Shown here one piece after another: positions 10,210 through 17,558 of a stretch of DNA of 58,722 nt. A program made the translations under genes and the position numbers. The first letter of the stretch is position 1; the number at the start of each line of letters is the position of its first letter. The stretch spans positions 1-58,722 of the forward strand of contig CAZFYZ010000007.1 in the NCBI GenBank assembly GCA_964523735.1, written 5' to 3'. Under the pieces are notes generated by a model. The model worked only from the letters and a program-made list of their open reading frames with translations. It had not been told where the DNA came from and ran no database searches. The DNA comes from an uncultured bacterium (GTDB lineage: Bacteria > Armatimonadota > UBA5829).

Positions 10210-11859
10210 TCATGGCTGTAACGTCGACTCAGCGCTTGCCTGATCGACCTGCGCGCTGACCACGGCAGCACTATCGCTATTCAGAGAACGTATCACAGCC
10301 CTGGCCTCTCCGACTGCATCAGTAATCGAGCCTGACGAAACAATGGTGCTGCGACTTGTCCTCCACGTGACGGGCATCTCAATTAAGCGCCGACCCTCTT
10401 CGTCCCTAACAATCGCCGTAACCTCAGTCTCTCTACTTCCATCTACCAGAGCGACCGAGGATGCTGTCATGATATCTACCCTTCTGCCTATTGTCGGAAG
10501 TGAGAAATCACAGGTTGCATCCGTTGTGGTGCTGCGAAGCCGAACAAGTTTAGTTGTGGTCTTGTAGCCTGTTGTCGTGGTGGTGACTGCGTGGCTGCCG
10601 TAGGGAATCGTCAGAGTATAGTGCGCTGTCCCATTCACAAATGTCGCTGTAGTCGACGAGCTTCCACAGTATATCCGAGCCGAACCACCGTCAGCCCCTG
10701 GAGCAGCTATAGTACCAGACACGATACCGTAACCAGACTGCTGAAGACTCTGCAGATACACACTGATTCCAGAGTCCGGTTTCCAGACAACGCGTATGTC
10801 TGGGCTTTCTGCATCGGATGCTCCATTCACTGCCACGTAGGAATCTACTGTCGGTAGAGTTTCTGTAGAAAGATCATATATCTTGACGCCAACATGCCCG
10901 TTACCACCATCGAGATTGCTGCCATCATCAATGAAGAAGATCCGGTTCCCCTGGTCCACATAAGTTACCTTGCCCCAAACCCTGACGAGAAGACCAGTGG
11001 TGTCGAGTCCATAATGGAGGTGCTTGTTATTCATTCCGAAGTAGCTGGCAGATGGGTAGTCGGTATCAAGGAGAGAGACCGTATCTGCCTGTACCACTCT
11101 GGCACCGTTGTTGGTGTCCATCTGTCCAGCAATATCTACCAGCGAGCCTTTTGAAACCCTGGCGCTTCCCGTCACCCAAATACCAAAGGATCGATCACCT
11201 CGCTCAATGCAGAACCTGTTACCCGCGATGGCCGTCACAACCGCGCCATTCACGTTGACCGATGCGCCGTCCGGCAAGGTCTTTATAGAGTCTCTCGAAC
11301 CTGGCGCAGGAAGCGGGGCATCAGGATTATCTGGAAGAACTGGCAACTGTCCAGCTAATGTGGCGGTAGCCGTAGAGACAGCCACTAGGGGTCGAGTAGT
11401 GAGCAAAGAATCGAGCATGCCCTTGGGGATCGGAAACGAATACGGTTTGCCTCCGGAGTCGCAATATACCTGTACATTCTCAGGAGCAACTACTACGACT
11501 CTCTGGCGGAAAGCCGCTCCGGTTCGTGTGGTTCCTTCGAGAGTCTGAATAGTCCCTGTCACGTCTACCGTCCAGTACTCGTGAACTGGCAACTGTGAAG
11601 TGCTGACAACGAGCAGTTCAGGCTGTTGCGTAGAAGCTTCGCTCCACATCTTCACCGCGAATGACTGGCCGCTCTTTCCGCACCATAGGACCTGAGCACA
11701 GGTCAGAGTCACGGTGGAACCATCCTCTTGAGCTATCGCTGCACCGATGGTGTCTTGAGCACTGTCATTGATCGTCGGTGTGCTCCATCCAGCGATGGAA
11801 CCAGTCAGTAGCAATACTGCCGCTACCAGACCTACTGTTTGCTTGCCCCGACATGTCAT
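10210..11859 (-). CDS. secreted protein with carboxypeptidase-regulatory-like and bacterial Ig-like (Big_1-type) domains
   Basis: 549-aa ORF. Signal peptide MTCRGKQTVGLVAAVLLLTGSIAGW. GIVSGTIAAPGADGGSARIY..TAHYTLTIPYGSH resembles a CarboxypepD_reg fold. The C-terminal ETEVTAIVRDEEGRRLIEMPVTW..GEARAVIRS resembles an invasin/intimin Ig domain. Confidence 0.75.
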   Translation of the reverse strand: MTCRGKQTVGLVAAVLLLTGSIAGWSTPTINDSAQDTIGAAIAQEDGSTVTLTCAQVLWCGKSGQSFAVKMWSEASTQQPELLVVSTSQLPVHEYWTVDVTGTIQTLEGTTRTGAAFRQRVVVVAPENVQVYCDSGGKPYSFPIPKGMLDSLLTTRPLVAVSTATATLAGQLPVLPDNPDAPLPAPGSRDSIKTLPDGASVNVNGAVVTAIAGNRFCIERGDRSFGIWVTGSARVSKGSLVDIAGQMDTNNGARVVQADTVSLLDTDYPSASYFGMNNKHLHYGLDTTGLLVRVWGKVTYVDQGNRIFFIDDGSNLDGGNGHVGVKIYDLSTETLPTVDSYVAVNGASDAESPDIRVVWKPDSGISVYLQSLQQSGYGIVSGTIAAPGADGGSARIYCGSSSTTATFVNGTAHYTLTIPYGSHAVTTTTTGYKTTTKLVRLRSTTTDATCDFSLPTIGRRVDIMTASSVALVDGSRETEVTAIVRDEEGRRLIEMPVTWRTSRSTIVSSGSITDAVGEARAVIRSLNSDSAAVVSAQVDQASAESTLQP

Positions 11860-12366
11860 GCATTAGACCTCCTATGCTTAGAATGTATTGCGGGTATAGC
11901 TAGTGTAGGAATCAGCGGACCCAATACTACACAGGCCCAGCCGGTATAGAGTTACATAATAATCACTCTCCATTCACACGACACGTGCGGATAGCCGCAG
12001 CCCCTGGTGGCACGGCCCCCCCATGCAACAGCCAGTTTCTATCCCTGCCGATCCCCACTGCAGGAGTTCAGGGCACTCTACTCACCTGCCTGCCTGCTGT
12101 CTGACTTGCTGAGAAGCGCGTCAGTTCCCTGGCCGTGCCAACCAGCCACGGTTCCATTATGCGCTACTTATCAGTAGCGTGTCAAGTGGGAGAACGCGGA
12201 TTAGGCAATCACTCTGCCTCAAAGAAGCTAGGCATCTTCCTGGGCAGTCTTTCCAGTTCAGTGCTTGACTTGTTCGGGCGTGAGTCTATGCTTCACAGTC
12301 ACGGCGCTCCTTGAGGTGGTTTGTGTTTCGAGGATAGACCGGAGGTCGCCGATGTGCCCAGGGTAG

Positions 12367-12974
12367 TTGCAGATGTCTGATTGTCATGCTGCACTGACTT
12401 CCGGAAATACTGTCCTCCAGGAAGTGACAGAGAACGTTTCTCCTGAGCTTTCTGGAATCCTCGCCAAAGCCCATGAGTTCCTCGTAACGACTGTCGCCGA
12501 GAGCACCCATGAAGTCTACTCCAGGGATTGGCAAGCGTTGCCGGCTGCTGCAACGATCCCCGGCTGTCGGTCCTGCCACCTTTCGAGATGAGAGGCTTGT
12601 AATCCTGCTCCGGCGAAGCAAGACCGACCAGAAAGGCAAGGGACGTTAGGTAGGCATTCCGCGGGGTAAGAATCTCGACACCTGTCCTGTGACTGCCATC
12701 CGGCACTGGCTGGAGCTCTCAGGCATATCGGATGGCACTATCTTCAGAGGACTTGACCGGCACGGGCACACCGTCTCGGAGAGGGGGCCGTCGGAGACAT
12801 CATTAGGCGGGCTGCAAGCGCAGTGGGCTCGATCCGTCCCGGTACAGTGGTCATAGCTTGCGCAGCGGCCGTTGCACGCAAGCCAGCAGAGCAGGGGTAG
12901 CAGAACACATCATCGCTCAGCAGACGGGTCACCGCTCACTGGCTTCACTCAGCGCCGACGCCCTTGATCTATGA
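12367..12974 (+). pseudogene. degraded tyrosine recombinase (phage integrase) remnant
   Basis: Three plus frames must be stitched together. They are an N-terminal SAM-like piece (AESTHEVYSRDWQA), then RLVILLRRSKTDQKGKGR followed by an in-frame TAG, then DTCPVTAIRHWLELSGISDGTIFRGLDRHG, then after a frameshift GLDPSRYSGHSLRSG...IIAQQTGHRSLASL. The region holding the first catalytic Arg is deleted, and the ORF stops before the expected catalytic Tyr. Confidence 0.7.
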
Positions 12975-13214
12975 GCCAGAGATCATCAGTTCCGCCTCGG
13001 TTGCGGCTATCAGGGTCGAGAGTGGCATCTTGAGACCGTCAGAGATAAGCAGCAGGTTCTTCAGCGTGACATTGCGCTCACCGCGCTCGACGGAGCCGAT
13101 GTATGTACGGTGTACTCCAATGGCGTCTGCGAAGGACTCCTGGCTGTAACCAAGCCTGCTGCGCCGAGCTTGAATGACCCGTCCCAGGCCACGTTGCATC
13201 TGTTTGCTGTCCAT
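12969..13214 (-). CDS. XRE-family (Cro/CI-type) HTH transcriptional regulator
   Basis: LGRVIQARRSRLGYSQESFADAIGVHRTYIGSVERGERNVTLKNLLLISDGL is a textbook HTH_3/XRE pattern. Start placed at MDSKQ (Met9 of the track ORF). Confidence 0.8.
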   Translation of the reverse strand: MDSKQMQRGLGRVIQARRSRLGYSQESFADAIGVHRTYIGSVERGERNVTLKNLLLISDGLKMPLSTLIAATEAELMISGS

Positions 13215-13273
13215 ACCGGGAGTGTACCCACATGGCAACTATACGTCTACACTCTATAAGTAGCATGCGGGCG

Positions 13274-13771
13274 TCAGTCAGGCCAACTGGTTCTGCCAGA
13301 TGATAAGGCATGCAGATCGATGTACTCGCCGGCCACGTAACACCAAGCCAGCACACTCTCACCGCTGTCGACGAGGATTGGCACGAGCGCGCGTCGATAC
13401 AGACTCGGCATTCCCGGCCGGAAGCCCTCTAGACGGTCTATAGGCGGTAGGCAGAGTCTCGGGTCGGTGAAATGCATCAGCTCTCCTCGAATCGTCTGCC
13501 AGTCGCGCGTATCCGGGATTGCATCGACAGGCGTTTCCGCAGTCAAGCGCCATTGCAGGGCCACATCCGCCAGTGGACTAGCGGTCCCCGTGGCAATGAC
13601 GTCGCCATCCGGAACACGCAAGACCGGAATGCCTGACGGTAGTCCATAGAGGCGTCCGCGCACTTGCGCCTCTTCTATGTGGATCGCGTCTCGGCAGAAC
13701 CGGTCGTGGTTCCAATAGCCGCGCTTCAGCGTGCCGTAGACGAACAGACTAAGTGTGTCCCGCGTCTGCAT
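13274..13771 (-). CDS. gamma-glutamylcyclotransferase (GGCT / AIG2-like) family protein
   Basis: LFVYGTLKRGYWNH near the N-terminus, then RGRLYGLP, IRGELMHF and PPIDRLEGF...LYRRALVPI...AWCYV, as in the GGACT/AIG2 family. Start set at Met43 (MQTRD), after the stop of the upstream gene. An alternative GTG lies 21 nt upstream. Confidence 0.8.
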   Translation of the reverse strand: MQTRDTLSLFVYGTLKRGYWNHDRFCRDAIHIEEAQVRGRLYGLPSGIPVLRVPDGDVIATGTASPLADVALQWRLTAETPVDAIPDTRDWQTIRGELMHFTDPRLCLPPIDRLEGFRPGMPSLYRRALVPILVDSGESVLAWCYVAGEYIDLHALSSGRTSWPD

Positions 13772-13808
13772 TTGTAGAACTGTCTTCTTCACGTTGTTCT
13801 CATTCCTC

Positions 13809-14642
13809 CTAGTCGTCGCTGGTCTCGTCGTCATCCCAGGCGGTGAATCGTCGAAACCGGCTGGCCGGTGCCGAACTTGCCAACCGGAATAGCTCACTGG
13901 TGCAGCGCGGAACGTCGCCGCAATCGAAGGTCAATAGGCTCATCGGGGCGGTGGGCAGCACGCGCCACCCGTTCTCTTTGGCAAGCACCACGTCGAGGTG
14001 GCCAGCGTCGGAAGCGTAGACTATGGCTCGATGCTCCTTGTGGTACCTAAGTTCCAGTGGCTTATTGCCCTTGATCATCAACACTGTCGCTGGGTCCTGT
14101 AGGGACGCCAGCACTGCGCTTACTTGTCCGCGACAGAGAGCCAGTCGAGCCCGGATCGCTGCCATATCGAGGCGACCGGCGTCAAGCGTCGCATCAGCGA
14201 TGCGAAAGATGAGTTCGCTGTCCACTTCGGCGCATCTGGGCAGTCCAAGTAGGTCGAAGAGCTCATCGGCATTGAAGATAGTGCCGTTGTGAGTCCCGAT
14301 GACATTGCCAGCGCGGATGGGGTGATTATTCTCATTGTTGCTGGCATCGCCAACGGTCTGCCAGCGAGTGTGTCCCACCAGCAGCGTTGTACGAGCATCA
14401 ATGCCGTCGAGCACTTCCCTGAAGCCTTTGCCCTTGATGAAGTCCGAGGCCTTGATCGGCTGCTTGAACAGCGTATGCTCGCCGTTGGATCTGAGCAGCG
14501 CCATGCCGGTTGCGTGAGGCCCGCGCTTCTCACTAAGGAGCAGCAGATAGGTGAACAGCCAGCCGAACAGCTTGTCCCGATGCTCCTGATCGTCCCTCCC
14601 GCGTTTCGCGGTTCCGAAGATCACTCCGAGTTGCGCACACAT
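13809..14642 (-). CDS. class-II (Ntn-type) glutamine amidotransferase domain protein
   Basis: N-terminal Met-Cys ([10 protein letters not shown]). By eye it aligns to the GlmS/PurF GATase domain: RGPHATGMA, GHTRWQTVGDASNNENNHP, THNGTIFNADEL and EVDSELIFRI. The start ATG shares one base with the amidoligase stop (TGATG). Confidence 0.8.
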   Translation of the reverse strand: MCAQLGVIFGTAKRGRDDQEHRDKLFGWLFTYLLLLSEKRGPHATGMALLRSNGEHTLFKQPIKASDFIKGKGFREVLDGIDARTTLLVGHTRWQTVGDASNNENNHPIRAGNVIGTHNGTIFNADELFDLLGLPRCAEVDSELIFRIADATLDAGRLDMAAIRARLALCRGQVSAVLASLQDPATVLMIKGNKPLELRYHKEHRAIVYASDAGHLDVVLAKENGWRVLPTAPMSLLTFDCGDVPRCTSELFRLASSAPASRFRRFTAWDDDETSDD

Positions 14643-15595
14643 CAGGCATCACCTCCCTCAGCGCAGCAGTCTGCGACACAGCACATCTCAGCAGCAGGCT
14701 TTGCAGATTTCGGCTTCGGCCTGCCTCGCTTGAACGCCGCGTCGCCGGGCATCGCGGACAACAGATGCTTGCGTGCGGTCTTGAACTCGTCGCCGTTGAG
14801 GCCGAGATGGATCAGGAATACGCGGAAGTCGTACTTGGCGGAGCTTGGATCGAACTGACGCTTGCGGCTCGAGGCCCCGCGGCTGTTCAGGGCTTTGGCG
14901 GCAATGGCCAGAACGAGCTGGACTGCAGCCTTGACCTTGCCAGCGTGCAATGTCGCCTCAAACCAGCGGAACTCGACGGTGCCACGATACCAGACATTGT
15001 GCAGGTTCACCCCGTGGTAGCGCGTGCTGTCATAGTGCGTCGGGTGGCTGTTGTGGAAGCCGTACCAGATGCGGTTCATCTGATCCTTGGTCTTCGGGCG
15101 GCTTCTCTCGATTCTCGCGATAAGCTCCGCACTTACCGGCTTTGTATATTGATTGAGCCTTTCCTGGCTCACGCCTAGCGCCGTCAGTATGAGCGGTTCT
15201 TGTTTGTGCACGATCTTCGCGAGGTTCGCCAGAGTTTTGCCGTCGAAAGCGCTTGCATCAACATGGATGTGCATGCCGCATTTATCATCAACCGTGGCAC
15301 CGCACCTGCGGATTGCTCTCACGACATCCTGTAAAGTGGCGATGTCGTCATAACCGAGGACCGGGCTCACGACTTCCGCCCGCAGGTCTGGGGTAACGCT
15401 CGTTAGTGACGCGTCGGTGACGACCTTCCAGATCCTTCCTTGCCCGTCCGTGATCTCCCAGGGATCATACGTCGAGGGGCTACCTATGTGCCTGGCACTA
15501 CCGCTAACCACCGATTGGATGGCATTCGCGACTGTCCCACGATCCCGCTTGATGGTCTCTATTTCTATTCCGAATCCAAGTTCCTGCAGCTTCAC
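14642..15595 (-). CDS. amidoligase family protein (Amidoligase_2-like, glutamine-synthetase/GCS2-related fold)
   Basis: 317-aa [36 protein letters not shown] and [13 protein letters not shown] follow the pattern I recall for Pfam Amidoligase_2. GTG start with GGAGG 9 nt upstream. Confidence 0.75.
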   Translation of the reverse strand: MKLQELGFGIEIETIKRDRGTVANAIQSVVSGSARHIGSPSTYDPWEITDGQGRIWKVVTDASLTSVTPDLRAEVVSPVLGYDDIATLQDVVRAIRRCGATVDDKCGMHIHVDASAFDGKTLANLAKIVHKQEPLILTALGVSQERLNQYTKPVSAELIARIERSRPKTKDQMNRIWYGFHNSHPTHYDSTRYHGVNLHNVWYRGTVEFRWFEATLHAGKVKAAVQLVLAIAAKALNSRGASSRKRQFDPSSAKYDFRVFLIHLGLNGDEFKTARKHLLSAMPGDAAFKRGRPKPKSAKPAAEMCCVADCCAEGGDA

Positions 15596-15622
15596 TAAGT
15601 CTGACCTCCACTCTGTGTCAGC

Positions 15623-15636
15623 AGAACATGTGTTCT
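15623..15636. promoter_or_regulatory. inverted repeat AGAACA-TG-TGTTCT (GAAC-N4-GTTC), candidate operator
   Basis: Perfect 6-bp arms lie 28 nt upstream of the amidoligase start, in the divergent intergenic region. The core matches the GAAC-N4-GTTC (Cheo-box type) LexA-site architecture. It could equally be the XRE operator. Confidence 0.35.
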
Positions 15637-15730
15637 CCTGTCATCACATTCATTGCCTCATCAGGCGGCAGGAAGTCAAGAGATATAGCACGAAGATGAA
15701 CAAATACGGTGTTCTTACCTGATACTGTGG

Positions 15731-16234
15731 ATGACTGGAGGACTACGCACGAAGAAAGGATCGCCTGATGCCATGTCCATCGACACTGATCTGCTGAGGG
15801 GTGTAATGCAGGACGCAACGAAGCTGGCAAAGCAGTACCGACAACTGACTGGTAAGCCGCTTGGCATCACGGGCGAAGTAGGCGAATTCCTTGCGGCCGA
15901 GCTGCTTGGCCTCAGACTCACCAATGCCAGGTGCCCGGGGTACGATGCCATTGCACCTGACGGACGACGCATCCAGATCAAGACAAGGTGTCTGCCGCCA
16001 GACGCGAAGCTGAGCCAGCGACTGGGGTGCATCAAGCTGGACTGTGAGTGGGACACCGTTGTCCTCGTGCTCATCAATGATGACTTTGAGTGTACTGCGG
16101 TCTACGAAGCGTTGAGAGGCGATGTCGAGCGTGAACTCAGGAAACCAGGCTCCAAGGCAAGAGCGCGCGGAGCCCTAGGCGTACGGAAGTTCATGTCGAT
16201 TGCTCGGCCTGCTTGGAGAAGAGAGGACCTATAG
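15731..16234 (+). CDS. small PD-(D/E)xK nuclease-fold protein (DUF6998-like by recollection)
   Basis: ITGEVGEFLAAELLGL, then GYDAI, then RRIQIKTR give an E...D...(Q/E)xK arrangement. The alternative start Met15 is at 15773. The next gene starts 3 nt after the stop. Confidence 0.5.
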   Translation: MTGGLRTKKGSPDAMSIDTDLLRGVMQDATKLAKQYRQLTGKPLGITGEVGEFLAAELLGLRLTNARCPGYDAIAPDGRRIQIKTRCLPPDAKLSQRLGCIKLDCEWDTVVLVLINDDFECTAVYEALRGDVERELRKPGSKARARGALGVRKFMSIARPAWRREDL

Positions 16235-16237
16235 CAA

Positions 16238-17257
16238 ATGCGAGTCCACACCCACAATGGATTGCCTTATCGACTTCCCAACGAACTGAATGATTTCCAG
16301 ATGGCGATGTACATCCATCTGATCGACTGGAAGAGAAGCCATCTGACAGAAGAGCCGGGCTATCATGGCGGGCATCCATATGACGCCGTGCTTCCCGATG
16401 AGTTCAGGAAACAATATCAGCCGATCTACCCTCCAATCGTTGAAAGGTTCCTGAGTCATCAGCGGCGCTTCCCGTTCAAGACCCATAAGTTCATCGGTCA
16501 CATGGCAAGCTCGCAGGCCGCGTGCGCGAGTCTGTTTCTTCCCTTGCTGCAGCACCCCGATGCTGCAGCCGAGGTGCTTCGTAGTGTCAAGCCTGACTTG
16601 GACAGGATCGCCACCGACCACCTGGATGCAGGCTTCCGCATAGAGTTCTGGGATGAGCCAGATAATATGCTCAATGACCACACGCCAGCTGCTGGCACCG
16701 ACGCCGACTTCGCCATCGCCTACTACGACAAAGCTGGCGGCCTGAAGCTCTGGCTGATCGAACACAAGCTCACGGAGAGCGAATTCACCACTTGCGGTGG
16801 ATGCCGCAGCAGAGGCCGGAATCCTCAGATATATGGATGCGATTCGGCGGCCGATGTTATCTCAGACAAGGACCTGTGCTACTACCACGGTGCTCTGGGC
16901 TATCGCTACTGGGACATTACACTGTCGCACCCTGAGGTGTTTCGGTCGGAGCGTCTGCAGGCATCAAATGTGTGTCCGTTCCAAGGAGGGATGAACCAGC
17001 TCTGGCGCAATCAGCTCTTGGCGCTATCCGTCGAGTCATCCGCGGATTGGCCATACAGCGAGGTCTGGTTCTCGGTAGTGCGGCATCCTATGAACCACGC
17101 CCTCACCGATGTCATCATTCAGTTCAGGCAGATGCTCGGACCCGCTGGGCGGTTCTTCGACTTCACGTCAGATACGCTCATCGCAGCAGCAGAGCGGATC
17201 GGTTACTCCGCTTGGCGCGACTGGCTGAACTACTACAGGGAGCTGTATCTCTTCTGA
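16238..17257 (+). CDS. putative restriction-endonuclease-like PD-(D/E)xK protein
   Basis: 339-aa ORF. GTDADFAIAYYD...LKLWLIEHKLTESEF gives a D...E-x-K core, and HMASSQAACASLFLPLL lies upstream of it. No methyltransferase is adjacent. Confidence 0.55.
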   Translation: MRVHTHNGLPYRLPNELNDFQMAMYIHLIDWKRSHLTEEPGYHGGHPYDAVLPDEFRKQYQPIYPPIVERFLSHQRRFPFKTHKFIGHMASSQAACASLFLPLLQHPDAAAEVLRSVKPDLDRIATDHLDAGFRIEFWDEPDNMLNDHTPAAGTDADFAIAYYDKAGGLKLWLIEHKLTESEFTTCGGCRSRGRNPQIYGCDSAADVISDKDLCYYHGALGYRYWDITLSHPEVFRSERLQASNVCPFQGGMNQLWRNQLLALSVESSADWPYSEVWFSVVRHPMNHALTDVIIQFRQMLGPAGRFFDFTSDTLIAAAERIGYSAWRDWLNYYRELYLF

Positions 17258-17301
17258 TCGCTGCACGATGGCCCGGACGGTGCATGCACAGTCGGGTCGG
17301 C

Positions 17302-17547
17302 TCACCTCGTATCCAGCAGATCCTCATTGAGGCGCTGCACGTGCTGTTCTTCGCGCTCTATGCGGGTCATGAGCTCTTTGAACTCGTCTGACAGATCGGG
17401 CGAGCCGCCGGCGGCGCTCTCAAGCTTCCGGATCCTGGCGTCAAGGTTCGCAAGCAAATCGAGCACATGGTTTCGGATGACGCCATCCCGCTTCTCCTTG
17501 AGCGACGGGATGAACTCCGTCATCCCGCCGCGTTGTTTGACCAGCAT
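17302..17547 (-). CDS. hypothetical coiled-coil protein (81 aa), last gene of the tail block
   Basis: Clean ORF 11 nt downstream of the fibre gene. Heptad-like charged sequence (LDARIRKLESAA...FKELMTRIEREEQHVQRLNEDL). Confidence 0.5.
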   Translation of the reverse strand: MLVKQRGGMTEFIPSLKEKRDGVIRNHVLDLLANLDARIRKLESAAGGSPDLSDEFKELMTRIEREEQHVQRLNEDLLDTR

Positions 17548-17558
17548 CGTGCGCCTCC

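Noticed and set aside
13772-13897. Upstream extension of the GGCT ORF that overlaps the GATase gene. Analogous extensions occur at 29646-29849, 29254-29343, 33241-33354, 10155-10271 and 21688-21765.
   Set aside because: Each extension overlaps the 3' end of the preceding gene in another frame. Internal starts with Shine-Dalgarno sequences give tight, non-overlapping or 1-4-nt coupled junctions.
17276-17293. Imperfect palindrome GACGGTGCATGCACAGTC between the convergent nuclease and coiled-coil genes, considered as a bidirectional terminator.
   Set aside because: The stem contains a mismatch, and there is no U/A tract on either side. Too weak to annotate.
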